NCBI GenBank assembly: GCA_964035545.1
Contig: OZ037767.1
Coordinates: 17,357,781-17,421,780 of the forward strand
DNA from: Bugula neritina
Taxonomy: Eukaryota > Animalia > Bryozoa
Direction of reading: 5' to 3'
Length of the DNA stretch: 64,000 nt
Shown: piece after piece, positions 27,701 to 42,928 of the stretch
Position numbering within the stretch: the stretch's first letter is position 1
Layout of the letters: each line of letters opens with the position of its first letter
Translations under genes and position numbers: made by a program
Notes under the pieces: generated by a model
The model's input: the letters and a program-made list of their open reading frames with translations, nothing else
What the model was told of the DNA's origin: nothing
Databases searched by the model: none

Positions 27701-29708
27701 TTATAAAACAGAAAACGCTATAATATTATAATGGCCTATGTGTTAGTCATTAAACAGATTGTATTGTAGTCAAACTGTATTACGGCATTCCTTCATGCTG
27801 CTCACAAATGCCGCACGGTTAGATGCCAGCCGCGATGGCATGAACAAATCAACATCAAGCTCTCCTTTATAAGCTGGACATTATGATTGCCCAGACACAC
27901 TTGGTTACTGGGACTACTACTGAGCTTACTAATTTATAACTTTTAATAATATTGTTTAAACTTTTATCTTGATGTAATTGTAATTGTTTAGTATTGTAAA
28001 TATAATTCTTCTCTCAAGGATTGCAATCTCAGTTCTTTCTCTTAAACACACAAAGAGTATGTTCTTGCCTTACAACCCATGCATGATCTACAACTTAGAA
28101 GTTTATTGCACAAAACTACGACAATATTAACCAACAGAGTAAAATACAAGTAGTTGTAGAGAACTTCAGTAATAAAGTTGAGAAACATGCTGTAGTGAGC
28201 ACAGTATATAGGCTGTAGAGTAGTAACACTGTACTGATTCTATGTCGACTACAGATCTCATTAAGGGGTTGTAATCAATGATGTCTACATCTCACTGTAC
28301 TAACTGTAATACGAACACATGCTAACCTACTTTACTACCTGATAATCTACTAGACTGGTTCCTAGACAATCACTTTGATGTGTGAATCTAATTCAGTATA
28401 CGCCACTTAAATTACTCAACATTAGAACTGTTAAGATTTTCAGATTTAGGGTTGATGTGCTACCCAGAGAGTCTATTTATCTACTATAGAACTGCACCAG
28501 GCTAAGTCGAGTGAACGAGTATATTTTACACACAACTATACATTATAAAAACGATACATTATTTCCAAACAAGTTACACATCTAATCTATTTCACACTCT
28601 AGCTTCGACTGAGTTAGCAGCGGGAAACTACAATTGCTGCTAACTATCAACTACGCTAATTGGCTATCCATTGTTCCGGGTCAATTACGCGACCCTACAT
28701 GTTGTGCTGCTGGTAGTTCCACGAACCACCACAGAACTTCCTATCTAGAAAATTATTTTGTAAATATGAAAGACTTCAATAATTATAATGAAGGTACATC
28801 TCTGTAACCATATACATAGTAAAGCGATGCTTACAAAATTTTATCATACTGTATACTTTGTATAACTAGTAGTAATAGTGCAAGTGTACTAATATTACTA
28901 GAGTTATTAGGCTATACTGACTATGGTATCTTAAATATTAACAAATTTACTAACCTGATTGTAGTGACTATTCTATAATCATACTTGGTAGTTAGCCTGT
29001 CTGTTACACTCTGTTACACCGAAGTCACACAACTGACTACGCAGTACATATAAATAATCTATTTATCTACTAGCAATGCAGTTTCGGTTATGCAGGAAAT
29101 TTAGAATGTAATTCATGGGGAATTCCCATTTCCCAGTATTACTCACAATCATTAAAGAATTGTTTGGTTTTTGATCAACACACTACTTATGAAGAGATAA
29201 AGTAATTCTGATAGCTTAGAATGGATGAAGACTTATTTAATCTCTTAACCATTATTACTTCATCTCTCTATAAATATTCAAGTTTTGCTAGGTTGTTGCA
29301 ATGTGCGTATATTTCAAGGTTTACTTAACAAATCTATGAGAAAACTTACAAAAATCACAATATTTCACTTATTCAGAGATTAGTAAATGCATTACTAGAC
29401 CTGGTTTATGGTACAGAAAAAAAATCATCTATACAGCATATGAAGTTCTCAACTCTGGTCACAACCTTTGTGCTGCATTGATTTTTATTTTACATCAACT
29501 CAATGCTAGAAGGTGTGTCAGTATATAGTACAGAGGTTTAGCTTTACATCAACTCAATGCTAGAAGCCTGTCTCTGTATAGCAAGTTTGTGTTGATTTCT
29601 AAACTTGAGTTTGTTGAGTTTCTGCATGTGGTAGCTGTTCAATCTCTCATAGAACCTCACTTTCCTACCTTTTCTCAGTAAAGTTTTCCCATCTGAAAGA
29701 GTAGAACG

Positions 29709-32700
29709 TATGATATAATATAATAAACAACACACTATATAATATATACTATGATATAATATAATAAACAACACACTATATAATATATACTATGATATAA
29801 TATAATAAACAACACACTATATAGTATATACTATGATATAATATAATAAACAACACACTATATAGTATATACTATGATATAATATAATAAACAACACACT
29901 ATATAGTATATACTATGATATAATATAATAAACAACACACTATATAATATATACTATGATATAATATAATAAACAACACACTATATAGTATATACTATGA
30001 TATAATATAATACACAACACACTATATAGTATATACTATGATATAATATAATAAACAACACACTATATAATATATACTATGATATAATATAATAAACAAC
30101 ACACTATATAGTATATACTATGATATAATATAATAAACAACACACTATATAGTATATACTATGATATAATATAATAAACAACACACTATATAGTATATAC
30201 TATGATATAATATAATAAACAACACACTATATAGTATATACTATGATATAATATAATAAACAACACACTATATAGTATATACTATGATATAATATAATAC
30301 ACAACACACTATATAGTATATACTATGATATAATATAATAAACAACACACTATATAATATATACTATGATATAATATAATAAACAACACACTATATAGTA
30401 TATACTATGATATAATATAATAAACAACACACTATATAATATATACTATGATATAATATAATAAACAACACACTATATAATATATACTATGATATAATAT
30501 AATAAACAACACACTATATAGTATATACTATGATATAATATAATAAACAACACACTATATAGTATATACTATGATATAATATAATAAACAACACACTATA
30601 TAATATATATATGATATTATATAATAAACAACACACTATATAATATATACTATGATATAATATAATAAACAACACACTATATAATATATACTATGATATA
30701 ATATAATAAACAACACACTATATAATATATGCTATGATATAATATAATAAACAACACACTATATAGTATATACTATGATATAATATAATAAACAACACAC
30801 TATATAGTATATACTATGATATAATATAATAAACAACACACTATATAGTATATACTATGATATAATATAATAAACAACACACTATATAATATATATATGA
30901 TATTATATAATAAACAACACACTATATAATATATACTATGATATAATATAATAAACAACACACTATATAATATATACTATGATATAATATAATAAACAAC
31001 ACACTATATAGTATATACTATGATATAATATAATACACAACACACTATATAGTATATACTATGATATAATATAATAAACAACACACTATATAATATATAC
31101 TATAATATAATATAATAAACAACACACTATATAATATATACTATGATATAATATAATAAACAACACACTATATAGTATATACTATGATATAATATAATAC
31201 ACAACACACTATATAGTATATACTATGATATAATATAATAAACAACACACTATATAATATATATATGATATTATATAATAAACAACACACTATATAATAT
31301 ATACTATGATATAATATAATAAACAACACACTATATAATATATACTATGATATAATATAATAAACAACACACTATATAATATATGCTATGATATAATATA
31401 ATAAACAACACACTATATAGTATATACTATGATATAATATAATAAACAACACACTATATAGTATATACTATGATATAATATAATAAACAACACACTATAT
31501 AGTATATACTATGATATTATATAATAAACAACACACTATATAGTATATACTATGATATAATATAATACACAACACACTATATAATATATACTATGATATA
31601 ATATAATAAACAACACACTATATAATATATACTATGATATAATATAATAAACAACACACTATATAGTATATACTATGATATAATATAATAAACAACACAC
31701 TATATAATATATACTATGATATAATATAATACACAACACACTATATAGTATATACTATGATATAATATAATACACAACACACTATATAATATATACTATG
31801 ATATAATATAATACACAACACACTATATAATATATACTATGATATAATATAATACACAACACACTATATAATATATACTATGATATAATATAATAAACAA
31901 CACACTATATAGTATATACTATGATATAATATAATACACAACACACTATATAGTATATACTATGATATAATATAATAAACAACACACTATATAATATATA
32001 CTATGATATAATATAATACACAACACACTATATAATATATACTATGATATAATATAATACACAACACACTATATAATATATACTATGATATAATATAATA
32101 AACAACACACTATATAGTATATACTATGATATAATATAATACACAACACACTATATAATATATACTATGATATAATATAATAAACAACACACTATATAGT
32201 ATATACTATGATATAATATAATAAACAACACACTATATAGTATATACTATGATATAATATAATAAACAACACACTATATAGTATATACTATGATATAATA
32301 TAATAAACAACACACTATATAGTATATACTATGATATAATATAATAAACAACACACTATATAGTATATACTATGATATAATATAATAAACAACACACTAT
32401 ATAGTATATACTATGATATAATATAATACACAACACACTATATAATATATACTATGATATAATATAATAAACAACACACTATATAATATATACTATGATA
32501 TAATATAATACACAACACACTATATAGTATATACTATGATATAATATAATACACAACACACTATATAATATATACTATGATATAATATAATACACAACAC
32601 ACTATATAATATATACTATGATATAATATAATACACAACACACTATATAATATATACTATGATATAATATAATACACAACACACTATATAATATATACTA

Positions 32701-35700
32701 TGATATAATATAATAAACAACACACTATATAGTATATACTATGATATAATATAATACACAACACACTATATAGTATATACTATGATATAATATAATAAAC
32801 AACACACTATATAATATATATATGATATTATATAATAAACAACACACTATATAATATATACTATGATATAATATAATAAACAACACACTATATAGTATAT
32901 ACTATGATATAATATAATAAACAACACACTATATAGTATATACTATGATATAATATAATAAACAACACACTATATAGTATATACTATGATATAATATAAT
33001 ACACAACACACTATATAATATATACTATGATATAATATAATACACAACACACTATATAATATATACTATGATATAATATAATACACAACACACTATATAA
33101 TATATACTATGATATAATATAATACACAACACACTATATAATATATACTATGATATAATATAATAAACAACACACTATATAGTATATACTATGATATAAT
33201 ATAATACACAACACACTATATAGTATATACTATGATATAATATAATAAACAACACACTATATAGTATATACTATGATATAATATAATAAACAACACACTA
33301 TATAATATATACTATGATATAATATAATAAACAACACACTATATAGTATATACTATGATATAATATAATAAACAACACACTATATAATATATATATGATA
33401 TTATATAATAAACAACACACTATATAATATATACTATGATATAATATAATAAACAACACACTATATAATATATACTATGATATAATATAATAAACAACAC
33501 ACTATATAGTATATACTATGATATAATATAATAAACAACACACTATATAGTATATACTATGATATAATATAATAAACAACACACTATATAATATATACTA
33601 TGATATAATATAATAAACAACACACTATATAATATATACTATGATATAATATAATAAACAACACACTATATAGTATATACTATGATATAATATAATACAC
33701 AACACACTATATAATATATACTATGATATAATATAATAAACAACACACTATATAATATATACTATGATATAATATAATAAACAACACACTATATAATACA
33801 TACTATGATATAATATAATAAACAACACACTATATAGTATATACTATGATATAATATAATAAACAACACACTATATAGTATATACTATGATATAATATAA
33901 TAAACAACACACTATATAGTATATACTATGATATAATATAATACACAACACACTATATAGTATATACTATGATATAATATAATAAACAACACACTATATA
34001 GTATATACTATGATATAATATAATAAACAACACACTATATAATATATACTATGATATAATATAATAAACAACACACTATATAGTATATACTATGATATAA
34101 TATAATAAACAACACACTATATAATATATATATGATATTATATAATAAACAACACACTATATAATATATACTATGATATAATATAATAAACAACACACTA
34201 TATAATATATACTATGATATAATATAATAAACAACACACTATATAGTATATACTATGATATAATATAATAAACAACACACTATATAGTATATACTATGAT
34301 ATAATATAATAAACAACACACTATATAGTATATACTATGATATTATATAATAAACAACACACTATATAATATATACTATGATATAATATAATACACAACA
34401 CACTATATAGTATATACTATGATATAATATAATACACAACACACTATATAATATATACTATGATATAATATAATAAACAACACACTATATAGTATATACT
34501 ATGATATAATATAATACACAACACACTATATAATATATACTATGATATAATATAATAAACAACACACTATATAATATATACTATGATATAATATAATAAA
34601 CAACACACTATATAATATATACTATAATATAATATAATACACAACACACTATATAGTATATACTATGATATAATATAATAAACAACACACTATATAATAT
34701 ATACTATGATATAATATAATACACAACACACTATATAGTATATACTATGATATAATATAATAAACAACACACTATATAGTATATACTATGATATAATATA
34801 ATACACAACACACTATATAGTATATACTATGATATTATATAATAAACAACACACTATATAATATATACTATGATATAATATAATACACAACACACTATAT
34901 AGTATATACTATGATATAATATAATAAACAACACACTATATAATATATACTATGATATAATATAATAAACAACACACTATATAATATATACTATAATATA
35001 ATATAATAAACAACACACTATATAATATATACTATGATATAATATAATAAACAACACACTATATAATATATACTATGATATGATATAATAAACAACACAC
35101 TATATAGTATATACTATGATATAATATAATAAACAACACACTATATAGTATATACTATGATATAATATAATAAACAACACACTATATAGTATATACTATG
35201 ATATAATATAATAAACAACACACTATATAGTATATACTATGATATAATATAATAAACAACACACTATATAGTATATACTATGATATAATATAATAAACAA
35301 CACACTATATAGTATATACTATGATATAATATAATAAACAACACACTATATAGTATATACTATGATATAATATAATACACAACACACTATATAATATATA
35401 CTATGATATAATATAATACACAACACACTATATAATATATACTATGATATAATATAATAAACAACACAATATATAGTATATACTATGATATAATATAATA
35501 AACAACACACTATATAGTATATACTATGATATAATATAATAAACAACACACTATATAGTATATACTATGATATAATATAATAAACAACACACTATATAGT
35601 ATATACTATGATATAATATAATACACAACACACTATATAATATATACTATGATATAATATAATAAACAACACACTATATAATATATACTATGATATAATA

Positions 35701-38700
35701 TAATACACAACACACTATATAGTATATACTATGATATAATATAATAAACAACACAATATATAGTATATACTATGATATAATATAATAAACAACACACTAT
35801 ATAGTATATACTATGATATAATATAATACACAACACACTATATAATATATACTATGATATAATATAATAAACAACACACTATATAATATATACTATGATA
35901 TAATATAATAAACAACACACTATATAGTATATACTATGATATAATATAATAAACAACACACTATATAATATATACTATGATATAATATAATAAACAACAC
36001 ACTATATAGTATATACTATGATATAATATAATACACAACACACTATATAGTATATACTATGATATAATATAATAAACAACACACTATATAGTATATACTA
36101 TGATATAATATAATACACAACACACTATATAATATATACTATGATATAATATAATAAACAACACACTATATAATATATACTATGATATAATATAATAAAC
36201 AACACACTATATAGTATATACTATGATATAATATAATAAACAACACACTATATAGTATATACTATGATATAATATAATAAACAACACACTATATAGTATA
36301 TACTATGATATAATATAATAAACAACACACTATATAATATATACTATGATATAATATAATACACAACACACTATATAGTATATACTATGATATAATATAA
36401 TACACAACACACCCATATAGTATATACTATGATATAATATAATAAACAACACACTATATAATATATACTATGATATAATATAATACACAACACAATATAT
36501 AGTATATACTATGATATAATATAATAAACAACACACTATATAGTATATACTATGATATAATATAATAAACAACACACTATATAGTATATACTATGATATA
36601 ATATAATACACAACACACTATATAGTATATACTATGATATAATATAATAAACAACACACTATATAGTATATACTATGATATAATATAATAAACAACACAC
36701 TATATAGTATATACTATGATATAATATAATAAACAACACACTATATAATATATACTATGATATAATATAATACACAACACACTATATAATATATACTATG
36801 ATATAATATAATAAACAACACACTATATAGTATATACTATGATATAATATAATACACAACACACTATATAGTATATACTATGATATAATATAATACACAA
36901 CACACCCATATAGTATATACTATGATATAATATAATACACAACACACCCATATAGTATATACTATGATATAATATAATACACAACACACCCATATAGTAT
37001 ATACTATGATATAATATAATACACAACACACTATATAGTATATACTATGATATAATATAATACACAACACACCCATATAGTATATACTATAATATAATAT
37101 AATACACAACACACTATATAGTATATACTATGATATAATATAATAAACAACACACTATATAGTATATACTATGATATAATATAATAAACAACACACTATA
37201 TAGTATATACTATGATATAATATAATAAACAACACACTATATAATATATACTATGATATAATATAATAAACAACACACTATATAGTATATACTATGATAT
37301 AATATAATAAACAACACACTATATAATATAGTATATACTATGATATAATATAATAAACAACACACTATATAGTATATACTATGATATAATATAATAAACA
37401 ACACATTATATAGTATATACTATGATATAATATAATAAACAACACACTATATAGTATATACTATGATATAATATAATAAACAACACACTATATAATATAT
37501 ACTATGATATAATATAATACACAACACACTATATAGTATATACTATGATATAATATAATACACAACACACTATATAATATATACTATGATATAATATAAT
37601 ACACAACACACTATATAGTATATACTATGATATAATATAATAAACAACACACTATATAATATATACTATGATATAATATAATACACAACACACTATATAG
37701 TATATACTATGATATAATATAATAAACAACACACTATATAGTATATACTATGATATAATATAATAAACAACACACTATATAATATATACTATGATATAAT
37801 ATAATAAACAACACACTATATAGTATATACTATGATATAATATAATAAACAACACACTATATAATATAGTATATACTATGATATAATATAATACACAACA
37901 CACTATATAATATATACTATGATATAATATAATAAACAACACACTATATAGTATATACTATGATATAATATAATAAACAACACACTATATAATATATACT
38001 ATGATATAATATAATAAACAACACACTATATAGTATATACTATGATATAATATAATAAACAACACACTATATAATATATACTATGATATAATATAATACA
38101 CAACACACTATATAATATATACTATGATATAATATAATAAACAACACACTATATAGTATATACTATGATATAATATAATACACAACACACTATATAGTAT
38201 ATACTATGATATAATATAATACACAACACACCCATATAGTATATACTATGATATAATATAATACACAACACACCCATATAGTATATACTATGATATAATA
38301 TAATACACAACACACCCATATAGTATATACTATGATATAATATAATACACAACACACTATATAGTATATACTATGATATAATATAATACACAACACACCC
38401 ATATAGTATATACTATAATATAATATAATACACAACACACTATATAGTATATACTATGATATAATATAATAAACAACACACTATATAATATATACTATGA
38501 TATAATATAATACACAACACACTATATAATATATACTATGATATAATATAATACACAACACACTATATAATATATACTATGATATAATATAATAAACAAC
38601 ACACTATATAATATATACTATGATATAATATAATAAACAACACACTATATAGTATATACTATGATATAATATAATAAACAACACACTATATAGTATATAC

Positions 38701-39269
38701 TATGATATAATATAATACACAACACACTATATAATATATACTATGATATAATATAATACACAACACACTATATAGTATATACTATGATATAATATAATAC
38801 ACAACACACTATATAGTATATACTATGATATAATATAATACACAACACACTATATAGTATATACTATGATATAATATAATACACAACACACTATATAATA
38901 TATACTATGATATAATATAATAAACAACACACTATATAATATATACTATGATATTATATAATACACAACACACTATATAATATATACTATGATATAATAT
39001 AATACACAACACACCCATATAGTATATACTATGATATAATATAATACACAACACACTATATAATATATACTATGATATAATATAATGAACAACACACTAT
39101 ATAATATATACTATGATATAATATAATAAACAACACACTATATAGTATATACTATGATATAATATAATAAACAACACACTATATAATATATATATGATAT
39201 AATATAATAAACAACACACTATATAGTATATACTATGATATAATATAATACACAACACACCCATATAGT
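29709..39269. repeat. 41-bp satellite array (about 9.56 kb) filling the last intron of MRPS5 copy B
   Basis: Same monomer, uninterrupted; bounded by the exon 10 acceptor tract and the exon 9 donor. Confidence 0.98.
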
Positions 39270-39469
39270 GTCGCTTCAGGTCAAAGTGCTCCAATGGTTC
39301 ACCCTTCACAGCGCCATCACTGGGTTCAGCTAGAACTGACGGCACATTATACTTTGGACTCAACTCAACGACGTAGTAATTAGTCTTGTCGGCTAAATTC
39401 TGATGCGTTTCCTGTATGAAGACACAGACTGTACAACTAAAACCGTATTCACAAGTACAAGTAGCATTT

Positions 39470-39725
39470 ACAGTTACTGTATTCATATTTAGTAGTAAAC
39501 AGTTACTATATTTAGTAGTACACAGTTACTATATTTAGTAGTATACAGTTACTATATTTAGTAGTAAACAGTTACTATATTTAGTAGTACACAGTTATTA
39601 TATTTAGTAGTAAACAGTTACTATATTTAGTAGTAAACAGTTACTATATTTAGTAGTAAACAGTTACTATATTTAGTAGTAAATAGTTACTATATTTAGT
39701 AGTACACAGTTATACTATATCTAGT
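39470..39725. repeat. 23-bp minisatellite (intron 8, copy B)
   Basis: About 11 copies of AACAGTTACTATATTTAGTAGTA. Confidence 0.92.
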
Positions 39726-41774
39726 GCTATATGGTCACCATATTCAGAAGTCCCTGTAGGAAACATCCAGCCACGTTCTGTATATTCTTTGTTCTTCCTT
39801 CCACTTTACAGTAGAGATCTTTAATACCAACACACTGAGCTATGGTCCTGATAGCCCTGTGACATACTAGTCCATAGCCTGAGGACATGTACAATATACT
39901 GTATAATACGCAGGTGAAAGAATAGTCATGTGGACAGACAATATTTGTTAGACCTTGGACTATAACTAAATGAATACTTGGGGTGACTTATTCACATATT
40001 CTCATTCGTGTTGCTATTAACTCTTATGTAACAGCATTTAAGGTGTACTGACTGCTGTACATGTGAATATATTTGACTAGCTGTAACACCAAGAAATACT
40101 TAGTCATACTAGTTATCTATAGTTCAGAGTATTAGAGTGGAATACTAATACTAGCTTATCTGTTTGTTCTCAGGTGTTATCAGTGAACACTTTATCACTA
40201 TGAACATGGGATTATATCACACACTAGGGGAGGGCATGTTTCCCCATTGCTAACTCTACATACACTGTACTGTATATATGTACTCGTACATTACATGCAG
40301 TACAGTGTCATTTGGGGTAATAAGGGTACAAATGGAAAAGTAGGTAGAATGGCAAACTGGTGTTAAATTTTCACAAACCCCAAACTAAACCCCCAACCTC
40401 AAACCTTAACATTGAAAGTGTAAGCACAGGGCCACACAATGCGTTTTATACGCGCATGACGTGCGAGAAAACCCGTGAGTGACCTGCTACACACAGTGCG
40501 TGCGTTGAGAGAGCAGAAATTGTTTAGCTAATGGTGTCAGCATAAAACTTTACTGCTGCCTACAGACTTTTGCTTTTAAAACTACGTCATCGGCAAAGTG
40601 ACTTTAGATATTATAATAGCGGAAATGCAAACTATATGAAACTGATTTAACTCAGTATGCTAAAAGCTAAAGCGTGAATTAAAATAAAAAAAGTGTGCTG
40701 GCTAAATGATAATAAACCAATTAGGTCAAACACGCACGAGCTTGCCGCACTTCTCGCTCAGCATGTTAGACGCATGAATATCCCGCACACAACGTCACAT
40801 TTTTTGGCTGAACAGGTTTTCTGGCACGTCACTCGCGTCTGGCCCTACGCTAACATTTTAACCTACTGTATACATGTATGCACACTACATATAACAATCA
40901 ACAGGAAGTAGAAAGAGACCTTCAGGTTTGGGCGTGGCTATCAGTCTAGTAGCTCCGATCTTCACGTGAAAGTCGTGCCATTTCGTCCTGTTCTCCTTCA
41001 AGTTGACATACTGGAGTCGCTGAGCTGCCGTGTTCTTAGCCTATAAGATTCAAAGAGACAAACCATGTAATCCACGTCATTATTGGCTGAAAATAGATAA
41101 GTCGCATCTTATTATACACGTATATAACAGAGTATGACAGAGTACGACTTACTTTGCGTATAGCCGGCTGACCAGGGCTAGACTTTGCCACGGCCGTTCC
41201 TACCAGCCCCTTTCCATTACCAACAACAACTAAAGCACTGAAGCTATGTTTCCTGCCCAGATTTCCAGTCATGTGGGAAACGGTTTTAAATTCCAGTATC
41301 CGGGAATCAAAGCCATCAAAATTATCTGCAACATCATTGGTCAGTCAAAACTAACAAGCATTGCTATTGGCCAATGCCAACCTCTCAATGTACGCAGACG
41401 CACACAAAACAAAAGTCTTCAAGTAAATGAGGTGAATTATAAACCAACTACAATAATTACAATCTCCACAACTTTTGGGGAGTTATTTATATTTTTCAGA
41501 GACCTGAGGTAAAGCTATAAACTAACTTTTAGTTCTCACATATATTCAGTCACTGAGTACTTGAGTAAAGGATGATAACTAAACACTATATACTCTAGCA
41601 GTCTAGCTATATATAATATATACTATAGGTATATACATATATATACACGTACACTCATTGTGAGGATCAGGAACTCCTGCTGATATACCGGGTAGTTTGG
41701 CTCGGGACCAGCCCCGCTCCAAGGGGAACCTCTTCGTCCTGACAAACTAACAACACGATACTGGATCACAGGTT

Positions 41775-42030
41775 ACACCTACTGACACACATACTGACAC
41801 GCATACTGGCACATATACTGATACATCTACTGACACATATACTGATACATATACTGACACATATACTGACACATATACTGACACATATATTGGCACATAT
41901 ACTGACACATATACCGATACATATACTGACACATATACTGACACATATACTGACACATAATATACTGACACATATACTGACACACATACTGGCACATATA
42001 CTGACACATCTACTGATACATATACTGAGA
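41775..42030. repeat. 12-bp minisatellite (intron 4, copy B, truncated)
   Basis: Unit ACTGACACATAT. Confidence 0.92.
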
Positions 42031-42371
42031 CATAATATGTCTCAGTATATGTGTTGTATTGTATTGTATATATTGTTTACTGACTAGGAAAGGCAGGTGG
42101 TTGACAGGAGTTTAAAGTTATCTCCCCTGTATATATTATATAGTATCTGTTTCAACTTTATGCAGCTCTACTGACAGCCAACTGTAAGACTCACATGAAT
42201 TTCAGGGCTTATATATGACAGAGTAATGTTTACACTTTGCGTGTGAAATTTTTTTGGGCTACAGATTGGAGATAAATACAAGGAGTTAAGTAACAGATTA
42301 GTTTATATTTGAAGTATTTTAAGCAAAGTGAGAAAACCAGATACACAAATATTAGTGAAGCAAAGAGAATG

Positions 42372-42595
42372 TAGTAATATAAACATATATGATCAATGAG
42401 TAATATAAACCTATATGATAAATGAGTAATATAAACATATGTGATGAAGGAGTAATATAAACATATATGATAAATGAGTAATATAAACAGATATGATAAA
42501 TGAGTAATATAAACATATATGTTAAATAAGTAATATAAACATATATGATAAATGAGGAATATAAACATATATGATAAATGAGTAATATAAACACA
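42372..42595. repeat. 26-bp minisatellite
   Basis: Unit TAATATAAACATATATGATAAATGAG, about 8.5 copies; about 3 copies remain at 22330-22410. Confidence 0.88.
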
Positions 42596-42928
42596 TTGGA
42601 AATAAACTTTGCTTTAAGTTTTGTGTTGTCAAAAACAGTAAGAAGAATGGATAGCAATAAACACCTGGAAGGATGTCCCCAGCTGTCAATATCATGTGAT
42701 CATACAGTAAAACATGCTGAAATAAATTAAATAATATAAATACTTCGTTTCATAACTGAAATACAGATATTATGATGCAGCAATTTTATCCATGTAAATT
42801 CTGCAACATTCACTTCTGGATTCCTAAATCTCGTAAGGAAACGATTTCATTCTAAATTACATATTTTGATAAGTTTTTGAACAAATGAAGATAGTCTGCG
42901 TATACGTCAATAGTTCACAATTCTCCCA

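Larger units (their letters stand above)
22330..40237. repeat. Tandem segmental duplication block, paralogous to about 42515-59274
   Basis: Identical ORF sets at an offset of about 20,180 bp (24664-25458 vs 44844-45638; 26197-26874 vs 46374-47051). MRPS5-derived homology continues to about 42030 vs 61000. Confidence 0.92.
29544..41746 (-). pseudogene. MRPS5: MRPS5 partial copy B (exons 5-10), 5'-truncated
   Basis: Exons 41653-41746, 41153-41325, 40920-41040, 39739-39878, 39261-39411, 29544-29692. Splice sites and frame look intact, but exons 1-4 are absent and there are substitutions at conserved sites (RGWSG to RGWSR, TIWHD to TKWHD). Confidence 0.85.

Noticed and set aside
27700-29500. Promoter or upstream exons of the ankyrin gene
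   Set aside because: Plausible location, but no specific element could be assigned.
36823-38438. Short hydrophobic ORFs in the satellite
   Set aside because: By-products of CCCATA variant monomers removing stop codons.
42230-42657. ORFs of 112 and 101 aa; possible small terminal exon at about 42230-42258
   Set aside because: Mostly 26-bp repeat translation, with no independent support.
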